Virus record (IMG/VR): IMGVR_UViG_3300008050_000019
Length of the DNA stretch: 49,320 bases
Reading direction: 5' to 3' (one strand)
Source: a virus
Every line of letters starts with the position of its first letter. Position 1 is the stretch's first letter. The position numbers and the translations under genes were made by a program. Under the pieces are notes generated by a model, which did no database searches, had not been told where the DNA came from, and was given only the letters and a program-made list of their open reading frames with translations. Of this stretch, positions 42,241 through 49,320 are shown piece by piece.

Positions 42241-42301
42241 GTCGAAACGGGCTTCGGCCCGTCATTCTGGTCTAACCTCCAGAATCTGATGAGACAGGTT
42301 A
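42241..42301 (+). ncRNA. hammerhead ribozyme, type II (HH7); predicted cleavage after C42263
   Basis: GUC-GAAA-[CGGGC-uucg-GCCCG]-UC|A-[AUUCUGG-ucuaaccu-CCAGAAU]-CUGAUGA-GAC-AGGUUA; AGGUUA pairs loop-I UAACCU. Confidence 0.8.
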
Positions 42302-42312
42302 AAGGAAGCAAG

Positions 42313-42606
42313 ATGAAGTGCATAGTTTATCACACGTTGATGGCAGGGAAAATATTTCTTCCTAACCCGGAGCTGCCGGTTGCTGAGTACGCAAAGACTG
42401 TTGATTGTTGTCGGAATCTTGGCCATAAAGAAATTTATACTTTCAACCCGCTAATTGTTTCATGCTTTGATGCTTCCGATGTGTTCATCTACGGAACGGG
42501 CATCTGCCTAGCCGATCATCCTGCGTGGTCTGAGTGGAAAGACTCACTTAGTACTGGGGAATTTTATGAACATGTCGGAGCCGACATCACCAATTGGGGG
42601 TTTTGA
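42313..42606 (+). CDS. hypothetical protein (97 aa) downstream of HH7
   Basis: AAAGGAAG SD then ATG 42313. Confidence 0.5.
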   Translation: MKCIVYHTLMAGKIFLPNPELPVAEYAKTVDCCRNLGHKEIYTFNPLIVSCFDASDVFIYGTGICLADHPAWSEWKDSLSTGEFYEHVGADITNWGF

Positions 42607-42608
42607 AT

Positions 42609-42968
42609 ATGTCTGGCGAACTTGCTGACGAAAATTTTGCATTGCAACTTCAATTGCAAGAAGCTAGAAAGAAAATTGAGCGATACGAAAAGCTCCTTTC
42701 AATGGAGTCCATTCTTGAACTCGCTTACACATTCGTAGTGGCAAAAGGCGCGGGTAACCTTGATGCTCATATCTTGGTGAAGTTCGTACCGAACACTTCT
42801 CTCAGGGCAGCGAAAGAAATATGTGAGCTATTCCGTGCAGAGGCAATAATCGGTGCCAAGCATGTAACAGCACACACTGCATACTACGCCGCTTGCCGAA
42901 TCATGCATAAACTCCAATTTAAAATTGTGCGACCAAATACGCACACAGACACAAGAGAAAGTAAATGA
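42609..42968 (+). CDS. hypothetical protein (119 aa)
   Basis: MSGELADEN...; 2 nt after previous stop. Confidence 0.5.
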   Translation: MSGELADENFALQLQLQEARKKIERYEKLLSMESILELAYTFVVAKGAGNLDAHILVKFVPNTSLRAAKEICELFRAEAIIGAKHVTAHTAYYAACRIMHKLQFKIVRPNTHTDTRESK

Positions 42969-43285
42969 ACAAATCTAATATCGGTGCCATACTCATGGCA
43001 TCCTGCATACAATTTGCATGTGGAGGGTCTGGTCCTGTATCAAGTGATGCTTCTATTCCAGACGCCATGTCTGCTCAGGATTCCGGCATCGATGCGGGCG
43101 TTCTGCATGCTGATTCTGGTGTGACCAATACTACATGCATCGTGGATCTAGCATCAGGTGCAATTATCGTTTACATGCAGTGCACATTTTCTGATGAGTG
43201 TCAAAACGTGTGCACTGCATGTAATGCAGCAAATGATGTGGCGTGTGTGTCTGATAGCACACCATACTGCTACTGTCGAAATTAA
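42965..43285 (+). CDS. Cys-rich predicted secreted lipoprotein (106 aa)
   Basis: MNKSNIGAILMASCIQFACGG signal; 12 Cys. Confidence 0.55.
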   Translation: MNKSNIGAILMASCIQFACGGSGPVSSDASIPDAMSAQDSGIDAGVLHADSGVTNTTCIVDLASGAIIVYMQCTFSDECQNVCTACNAANDVACVSDSTPYCYCRN

Positions 43286-43297
43286 GGAGACTAATTA

Positions 43298-44113
43298 ATG
43301 CCAACCCCACCTGTGCCCTGGACGGGCTTCCAAGATGATGAGCCTGTCGAAGATGAGTTGTTCATGTTCAAGGTCAGATGTAAATCCCTGACCGATGAAA
43401 CTTGGTACCACTTCAGTGCTCACTCGCCTGTTGGTGCTGCTAAGAGGTATATGAATACCCGACTGTCTTTCCTGCAAGAGAGGGAGTCCAAGGCCGGCTA
43501 TATCATTGATATTATGCCACATACCGCTATAGGAATTGCGGGCCACAAAGTTAAGATTGGTCTAGCTCTTTGTGAGGGAAAGTGGGTTCAAGGTACCATC
43601 ATAAGTGATGCGGGTGTCGCCCCTCACGTTGAAATTAGGACACCTCAAAAGTTTATGAATGACTGGCTTCCTGTGTATGATACAATGGAAGAAATGCAAC
43701 GCTTAAACAAACTGAATAGAGGCGGGGATCTTGCGGTTCCTGACTGGCAATCAGATCAACCATCAATGCAAGATGGTGTCATTGCTCTTCCGCTCGGAGA
43801 TGACTCTCCTGACCCATCTCAGGACACCTCATTTCTGCTCTTCGATGAAGCTAACGTTGCAAGCGAAGAGGAACATAATCAGCTCCTGGATCTCATTGCC
43901 GGGCAGTCAGGCGGAACCAGGGCAGTCAGAGTTATTAGGAAGCATTGGAGGGTTGCAATTGCCATTGCACTCATCTTGGAAGCCATTCTCTTGGTGTGCG
44001 TGCCCACCAAATTTGTGTTATTTGGTTGGTTCGTCTTATTCATGTTTGGCCCATTTGCCTGGGCATTTGAAAAGCATATCATGAGAAAAATCTTACGTTA
44101 TGTGGGTCAGTAA
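43298..44113 (+). CDS. hypothetical membrane-anchored protein (271 aa)
   Basis: C-terminal hydrophobic segments VAIAIALILEAILLV and FVLFGWFVLFMFGPFAWAF. Confidence 0.6.
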   Translation: MPTPPVPWTGFQDDEPVEDELFMFKVRCKSLTDETWYHFSAHSPVGAAKRYMNTRLSFLQERESKAGYIIDIMPHTAIGIAGHKVKIGLALCEGKWVQGTIISDAGVAPHVEIRTPQKFMNDWLPVYDTMEEMQRLNKLNRGGDLAVPDWQSDQPSMQDGVIALPLGDDSPDPSQDTSFLLFDEANVASEEEHNQLLDLIAGQSGGTRAVRVIRKHWRVAIAIALILEAILLVCVPTKFVLFGWFVLFMFGPFAWAFEKHIMRKILRYVGQ

Positions 44114-44334
44114 AATAAGAGATTGGCTCAGGTTGATGGCTAAGCAACCTGATGTTATGCCCGATAACTGGGTTAATGGCATCAACAAATTGCTGGGGCC
44201 CTCGGGTGGATAGTGCTCATTGCATCAGACCCGCCACTTGCCTTCATGGCATTTCTATCATACTACTACATTATCATCCCCGTCTTTATCGTCGTCTGGT
44301 ATTACTTCTACAGACTTCCTGATCCTGAATAGTT

Positions 44335-44727
44335 TTGTTCTTTATGATTAAGGGCTCAGTCATTACACGCTATACAAGTGACATTGAACTTCATACATCA
44401 TATTATGATAATGGAAACCGATGGCTTGAGCGTTATATCAACATAAAGTTTTATAAACTGCACAGGGAAGATGGACCTGCTGAGATTACTTATGAAGTGA
44501 GTGGTGAGGTCACATCAAAGAAATGGTATATAGAGGGTCAATTGCATAGAGAAGACGGGTGCGCACATATGCTTAGGGGTTTTGATGCTGGGACATTCAT
44601 TTCGTACTATTTTTTAAAAGACGTTAACTATAGTGTAGGTGACTTCCGCTTGTATTGCTTGGCATCTGGTAACATAAAAGGGTTAGAATCTACTTTTAGC
44701 AACAACATAAACATCAAAAATATGTAA
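44335..44727 (+). CDS. HREDGPA / MORN-like repeat protein
   Basis: YKLHREDGPAEITY, LHREDGCA; tail DFRLYCLASGNIKGLESTFS. Confidence 0.6.
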   Translation: MFFMIKGSVITRYTSDIELHTSYYDNGNRWLERYINIKFYKLHREDGPAEITYEVSGEVTSKKWYIEGQLHREDGCAHMLRGFDAGTFISYYFLKDVNYSVGDFRLYCLASGNIKGLESTFSNNINIKNM

Positions 44728-44771
44728 AATATACGTGGATATTTGATTAATAACTTGTGATATAATATACT

Positions 44772-45182
44772 ATGAAGCCTGATTATATATGGTATACGGA
44801 TAAAATTCGATTAGAGACGGACAGAACGAAGACTGGCAAAATAACCTCAGAGATTTACACTATACTCTCTGGTGAAAAGCCAAATAATTGGAACTTCGAA
44901 AAAACAAGAATTTATCACAGAGAAGATGGTCCAGCGTTTGTGTCATATTTTGAAGATGGTACTATAATGCATGAATTCTGGTACAGAAATGGATCACCCA
45001 ACAATCCTATTGGACCGGCGTGTGTGTCGTACAATCAAGCTGGTAAGGTTGTAAAAAAATCATATTTCATAATGGGTTATGGTAAAGTAGACGAAGCCTT
45101 TTTTCGACTACACTGTCTTATAACTGGCAACGCGGAAGGCCTAAATTCCACCTTCAGGGAAGAACATAGTGGAAGCGTATAA
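44772..45182 (+). CDS. HREDGPA / MORN-like repeat protein
   Basis: YHREDGPAFVSY; tail FFRLHCLITGNAEGLNSTF. Confidence 0.6.
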   Translation: MKPDYIWYTDKIRLETDRTKTGKITSEIYTILSGEKPNNWNFEKTRIYHREDGPAFVSYFEDGTIMHEFWYRNGSPNNPIGPACVSYNQAGKVVKKSYFIMGYGKVDEAFFRLHCLITGNAEGLNSTFREEHSGSV

Positions 45183-45600
45183 AGTTATTGATTATACGGA
45201 CGAGATCAAGATACTACGTGTGTATGATGCTAAAGGCATTTTAATACGCGAAGAGTATAGCAAAGAGGGAGCCCGCTCCAAAGACAACTCTGTGTATATT
45301 GAACCTTATCATCTTGATACACGCGAATGGTTTACAAAAAATCGGCGCCATAGAGACGATGGGCCTGCTGAGATTTGTTATTTCGAAAATGGAGACATCT
45401 TCCGAAAATCTTGGTACAAAGATGATCTTCTTCATAATCAAGCAGGGCCTGCATATATACGGTATAGTGATGATGGTCGTGTCAGTATGAAATACTATGT
45501 GTTATGGGGAACTGACGTAAGCTTTCATGATTTTCGTATGTACTGTCTTATAACTGGTAACATGGAGGGTTTAGCTTCTACTTACGAAACCACTAAATGA
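45169..45600 (+). CDS. HREDGPA / MORN-like repeat protein
   Basis: RHRDDGPAEICY; tail DFRMYCLITGNMEGLASTY. Confidence 0.6.
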   Translation: MEAYKVIDYTDEIKILRVYDAKGILIREEYSKEGARSKDNSVYIEPYHLDTREWFTKNRRHRDDGPAEICYFENGDIFRKSWYKDDLLHNQAGPAYIRYSDDGRVSMKYYVLWGTDVSFHDFRMYCLITGNMEGLASTYETTK

Positions 45601-46003
45601 TTCCCTCTAACATATTGGCGTATTTTTCTAAATTGGTTTTCTCGTATGTTTCTTCAAAGGCATCAAAATCTTTTTGAATTATCGTATGCAACCTGTACTC
45701 TTCGAGTGTTACGAATTCTCCATTAAAAGAATAATATTTATTGCCATCTTCGATCAGTGATATGCCATTGTTCTTACAAACCTCACCCATCACCCAAAAT
45801 TCAACGCAAGTGATTTTGTTGCGTATATATTTGATATATGCTGGACCACTTTCATTATGAAGTATCCTGTGAGTAGCATGTTCGTTGTCTAAAGCATAAT
45901 AATAAACTATACCTGAGTGCTTTGTGAGTCTAACGACCTTTTTAAAGTGAGCTTTTTCATCTGGCCTAATCAAGCTTTTTATATGTTGATTCAAGTCCAT
46001 CAT
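45593..46003 (-). CDS. HREDGPA / MORN-like repeat protein (diverged)
   Basis: LHNESGPAYIKY; tail EYRLHTIIQKDFDAFEETY. Confidence 0.55.
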   Translation of the reverse strand: MMDLNQHIKSLIRPDEKAHFKKVVRLTKHSGIVYYYALDNEHATHRILHNESGPAYIKYIRNKITCVEFWVMGEVCKNNGISLIEDGNKYYSFNGEFVTLEEYRLHTIIQKDFDAFEETYEKTNLEKYANMLEGII

Positions 46004-46370
46004 TATAACCTCTAATAAGACAATATAGCCTGTAGTGCTCGATAGTTAAGTATTCATCATTGATAACAAAATAGACATCTGGAATGCCGTCAGGATTGTA
46101 CGTGATACGCGCTGGCCCGTTTGTATTATGCAGTCTATCTTTTCTGTACCATCCTTTACTTACAACTTTCCTATAAGGCTTATTGCAGGCATGAATGCCA
46201 CCATCATCATACAGAAAACTTGAGAATATAATGCGAGCTGGGCCATCAACTCGGTGTAGGGTGTGATCAGCAGCTGATCTGTACTCAATGCTGACTGGGT
46301 TCGTATGATCACGGCGCATGAAGCGCAACAGCTTCAATATCCCGGGAGCGTAATTAAAAATTCTTATCAT
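45966..46370 (-). CDS. HREDGPA / MORN-like repeat protein
   Basis: LHRVDGPARIIF, LHNTNGPARITY; tail HYRLYCLIRGYNDGLESTY. Confidence 0.6.
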   Translation of the reverse strand: MIRIFNYAPGILKLLRFMRRDHTNPVSIEYRSAADHTLHRVDGPARIIFSSFLYDDGGIHACNKPYRKVVSKGWYRKDRLHNTNGPARITYNPDGIPDVYFVINDEYLTIEHYRLYCLIRGYNDGLESTYKKLD

Positions 46371-46797
46371 ATGTTGACCTAAGCCCTCTTGTATAACCGA
46401 GCTTTAAGCAGTGAAGCCTATACTCCCCTTTTGATAATATCGTCCCGTTTAAAGCGTATATCCTACTATAAACTTCGCCCTTGCAGTTGTAGTACATACT
46501 GGCAGGACCTGTAATGTTATGCCTATGGCCCTCTTCATACCAGCTCTCTATCCTGATAGAGCCGTCAGCGAAGAACTCAATATATGCAGGACCATCTTCC
46601 TTGTGAAGCATCCCCTGAGCGTTTCCGGTTCTAAATTTGTTAAATTTAAGGTTTTCCCATGTTAAGCTCTGTGGCATTTTGTCTTCGACCGTGTAGCTTT
46701 TGCTTATCATATGCCCAGCAGGACCTTCACCAATAACACCCTCAGGAAGGTATGCTATTGTGCAAATCCCAGTGTCTAATTGAATAATTTCTTGCAT
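46354..46797 (-). CDS. HREDGPA / MORN-like repeat protein
   Basis: LHKEDGPAYIEF; tail EYRLHCLKLGYTRGLRSTY. Confidence 0.6.
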   Translation of the reverse strand: MQEIIQLDTGICTIAYLPEGVIGEGPAGHMISKSYTVEDKMPQSLTWENLKFNKFRTGNAQGMLHKEDGPAYIEFFADGSIRIESWYEEGHRHNITGPASMYYNCKGEVYSRIYALNGTILSKGEYRLHCLKLGYTRGLRSTYDKNF

Positions 46798-46800
46798 ACT

Positions 46801-47268
46801 TTATTTATCCCCCGAAATAGAGAAAGTAGCAGTTAACCCTTTCATATTATTAGTGGCAAGACAGTGAAGCCTATACTCACCTTCTGTTATGTATTGGTCA
46901 AACAAGTAGTACCTTACTACCCATGGAGCGCGTGGGTGATCCCGTTCAATGATCGCCGGTCCATCTTCTCTGTGGAGGCGACCATAATGATAGTAAGTTA
47001 TCACACTGGGAGAACCACAAAGAAAGAAAGTTATGTGAGCTGGCTCATTATCTCGGTGATATGTTACAGAGCAAGTCTCATTACTAGGTAATGTATAATA
47101 TACACAGAAGTTGCTATTTTCGGCCTTAGGCCCGTAATATGGACCCCATGTTGTGACAGTTTTTACGAGAGAAATTCCGTTGACACAGATGTTTTCTTTT
47201 CTTATTATCATATTTCTCATTTTAGATTTAGAAGTCGTAGATAACTGCTTCGTCATATTTGCAGTCAT
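46801..47268 (-). CDS. HREDGPA / MORN-like repeat protein
   Basis: LHREDGPAIIER; tail EYRLHCLATNNMKGLTATF. Confidence 0.6.
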   Translation of the reverse strand: MTANMTKQLSTTSKSKMRNMIIRKENICVNGISLVKTVTTWGPYYGPKAENSNFCVYYTLPSNETCSVTYHRDNEPAHITFFLCGSPSVITYYHYGRLHREDGPAIIERDHPRAPWVVRYYLFDQYITEGEYRLHCLATNNMKGLTATFSISGDK

Positions 47269-47623
47269 AAGTTGCTTCTAAACCCACTAGATTATCATTA
47301 GTTAAACAATAAAGCCTATATTCCATGAGTGTCATTGTAGTTCCGAGAATGGCATATGATATGCCAATAACTGCACCTGTAATTTTATAGTCAATATATG
47401 ATGGACCCTCTTCATGGTGTTCAAGCCCTGATCTTGCATATAATACACTTAATAAGTTGCCGAGACGTGAGTATTGCACTCGAGCAGGGCCAGAATCTCT
47501 ATGGAAGAGACCCTCTGCAGAATACATCAGTTTACCACATTCATAGTCAATCTCAGAATCCCCGAGTTCATTCACAAGTGTATACACTTCAGAAAGTATA
47601 GTGCCGTCTTCATAAAAAGCCAA
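47228..47623 (-). CDS. HREDGPA / MORN-like repeat protein
   Basis: FHRDSGPARVQY; tail EYRLYCLTNDNLVGLEATY. Confidence 0.6.
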   Translation of the reverse strand: MAFYEDGTILSEVYTLVNELGDSEIDYECGKLMYSAEGLFHRDSGPARVQYSRLGNLLSVLYARSGLEHHEEGPSYIDYKITGAVIGISYAILGTTMTLMEYRLYCLTNDNLVGLEATYDCKYDEAVIYDF

Positions 47624-47830
47624 CGTTTTGCGTGTAACTCTATCATATGAAGATATTTTTTCATATGATTATATTAACACATTTGATTAAACATTTACAA
47701 CAAATGTGTTAAACACTAGTCTGTTTATTTGTTACAAAGTGTTATAAATTAGTGATATAATTTATATAGAAATATGGATATTCAATCTATTATGTGCTTT
47801 TTTGGATGTCACAGGCAATAATCTCTACCT

Positions 47831-48196
47831 ATGAAAAAAGTCAGCCAGTACTCATCTAATCTCCGCCTAACAGAGAGTTATACCAATGATATCAAAGTAT
47901 CTGAAGCTTATACTCTTGAGGACATCGAGAGCTGTGAAGATGGACCATGCTATCATCGTGAAGATGGCCCGGCATTCATAAGTTACTACTCCACTGGTGA
48001 GCGTCAATGTGAGTATTGGTTTATACGTGACAAACTCAACAGAAAGAATGGACCATCAATAATTCAGTATCACAGAAACCAAAGCGTGATCGCGAAGACG
48101 TACATGGTAGACAGCACTAAGGTATCTGTGAATTATTTTAGAGTATTATGCCTTGTGACCAGCAACGTAAAGGGCTTAGCATCAACTTTCGAGTAA
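47831..48196 (+). CDS. HREDGPA / MORN-like repeat protein
   Basis: YHREDGPAFISY; tail YFRVLCLVTSNVKGLASTFE. Confidence 0.6.
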   Translation: MKKVSQYSSNLRLTESYTNDIKVSEAYTLEDIESCEDGPCYHREDGPAFISYYSTGERQCEYWFIRDKLNRKNGPSIIQYHRNQSVIAKTYMVDSTKVSVNYFRVLCLVTSNVKGLASTFE

Positions 48197-48204
48197 ATGA
48201 CATT

Positions 48205-48621
48205 ATGAAACTCAATGGCATAAAGAAGCATTATTATGATAATGACAACCTAATGGAGGTTAGTATTTGGAGGGATGACCGGCTTCATAGTACTGGTAGA
48301 CCTGCTTTACAAATATTTTTAAACAATGGAGACCTTAGATGCGAAGTATTTTACCAAAATGGGTTAATACACAGAGAAAATGGCCCAGCGGTTGAAAAAT
48401 TTTATGATACTACGCCTGAGCACTGCTGGTTTAGAGCGCACTTTAGACATGGCATATTACATAATGCGCGTGGACCAGCGAGAGAACATAGCCCTGTCCG
48501 GAATATACCACACAAAGTGTACTCACTTAATGGGCATAAACTATCTGTTAGCGAATTTAGAATATTTTTGCTTACCAACAAAAATTTTGAAGCTTTGGCT
48601 AACACGTATGATGATTTATAA
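48205..48621 (+). CDS. HREDGPA / MORN-like repeat protein
   Basis: IHRENGPAVEKF, LHNARGPAREHS; tail EFRIFLLTNKNFEALANTY; ATG 9 nt after previous stop. Confidence 0.55.
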   Translation: MKLNGIKKHYYDNDNLMEVSIWRDDRLHSTGRPALQIFLNNGDLRCEVFYQNGLIHRENGPAVEKFYDTTPEHCWFRAHFRHGILHNARGPAREHSPVRNIPHKVYSLNGHKLSVSEFRIFLLTNKNFEALANTYDDL

Positions 48622-48825
48622 TTCCTTGATATTATACCAAAGTAGCACCAGGGTAATCAGGTTCACACCCGATAAACTATAATCATATTATAATAATGGC
48701 CTATATCAAAAATTCCGGTTCATTAGAAGTGATTACATGAATACCAATAAAACTACATTATGTCGTGAATAAATAGTGTTAATCACTTGTGCAATGTGAT
48801 ATTATAGCAAACAAGGCAAAATCAT

Positions 48826-49014
48826 ATGAACGAGATAAAATTACACGATGAGTGGGTCACGGCGTATAAGCGAATGAAAAACTGGATCACGACGCAGGTA
48901 CCGCTTGATGAAGCGCAGGATGATGCGACGCGTGAAGTGACAGATGCTTTACGAAAAGATACATCAGACAAATTGGATGCATGGCAAAATGAACTCATCA
49001 AAGAGTCAGAGTGA
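48826..49014 (+). CDS. hypothetical acidic protein (62 aa)
   Basis: six-frame ORF after AT-rich promoter-like region. Confidence 0.4.
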   Translation: MNEIKLHDEWVTAYKRMKNWITTQVPLDEAQDDATREVTDALRKDTSDKLDAWQNELIKESE

Positions 49015-49035
49015 ACTATTCCCTACTTATCAACC

Positions 49036-49308
49036 TTACGCAACCCCACTATCTTCGAATGTGCTAGCTAATCCTGCTTGGTTGTTAACTATTAAGCACC
49101 TAAGGCGAAACTCTTCAACTGTATATATCATATCTTCTAACCAGTATGAACCACTTCTGGTAACATAACTATCACGTATATATGCTGGACCATTTTCATT
49201 ATGGAGACGATTTCTCAAGTAAAAAGATTGTGAAGTCATTTCGCCTGATCGCGAAAATGTTTCTATTGCAGGGCCATCTTCACGATGTGTGCCAAAATCT
49301 CTATGCAT
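49036..49308 (-). CDS. HREDGPA / MORN-like repeat protein
   Basis: THREDGPAIETF, LHNENGPAYIRD; tail EFRLRCLIVNNQAGLASTFE. Confidence 0.55.
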   Translation of the reverse strand: MHRDFGTHREDGPAIETFSRSGEMTSQSFYLRNRLHNENGPAYIRDSYVTRSGSYWLEDMIYTVEEFRLRCLIVNNQAGLASTFEDSGVA

Positions 49309-49320
49309 ATATTGCAGTTC

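Noticed and set aside
1-49320. CRISPR array, diversity-generating retroelement, integrase/transposase/IS, prophage attachment sites
   Set aside because: No regularly spaced repeat-spacer array and no reverse-transcriptase, integrase or transposase motifs were seen. Direct repeats present are promoter duplications.

Overview
This AT-rich window (rough estimate ~37% GC outside one GC-rich island) reads as part of a large virulent bacteriophage genome. The evidence is bacterial extended -10 promoters (TGnTATAAT), Shine-Dalgarno sites, and a tRNA-His with an encoded G-1. The layout is: (i) 1-12.7 kb is a minus-strand block of ~33 tRNA or tRNA-like genes interleaved with small ORFs. It also carries a PRTase-domain protein, an SLT lytic transglycosylase, a metzincin-like lipoprotein, a secreted trypsin-like protease and peptide deformylase. 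(ii) 13.0-18.5 kb is a head-to-tail, translationally coupled array of 18 diverged paralogous ~100-aa proteins sharing a GD(L/M)...CxC...CxNPxC cysteine motif. (iii) 18.5-23.2 kb is a GC-rich island. It holds G/C palindromes, dense short-motif clusters, and two of three paralogous GC3-rich genes that sit behind stacked promoter copies and strong terminators. (iv) 23.2-44.1 kb holds dozens of small genes, each behind a copy of a conserved promoter module. The module carries a palindromic operator-like site (TTGGGAATTTCCCAA) or a leaderless TGTGATATAAT-ATG arrangement. Seven intergenic type-II hammerhead ribozymes with a loop-I/3'-tail pseudoknot sit immediately upstream of ribosome-binding sites. 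(v) Two clusters (29.5-31.0 and 44.3-49.3 kb) encode HREDGPA/MORN-like repeat proteins with a conserved C-terminal tail. No integrase, transposase, CRISPR array or reverse transcriptase was seen. Coordinates of RNA features are hand-derived and should be treated as +/-2 nt.
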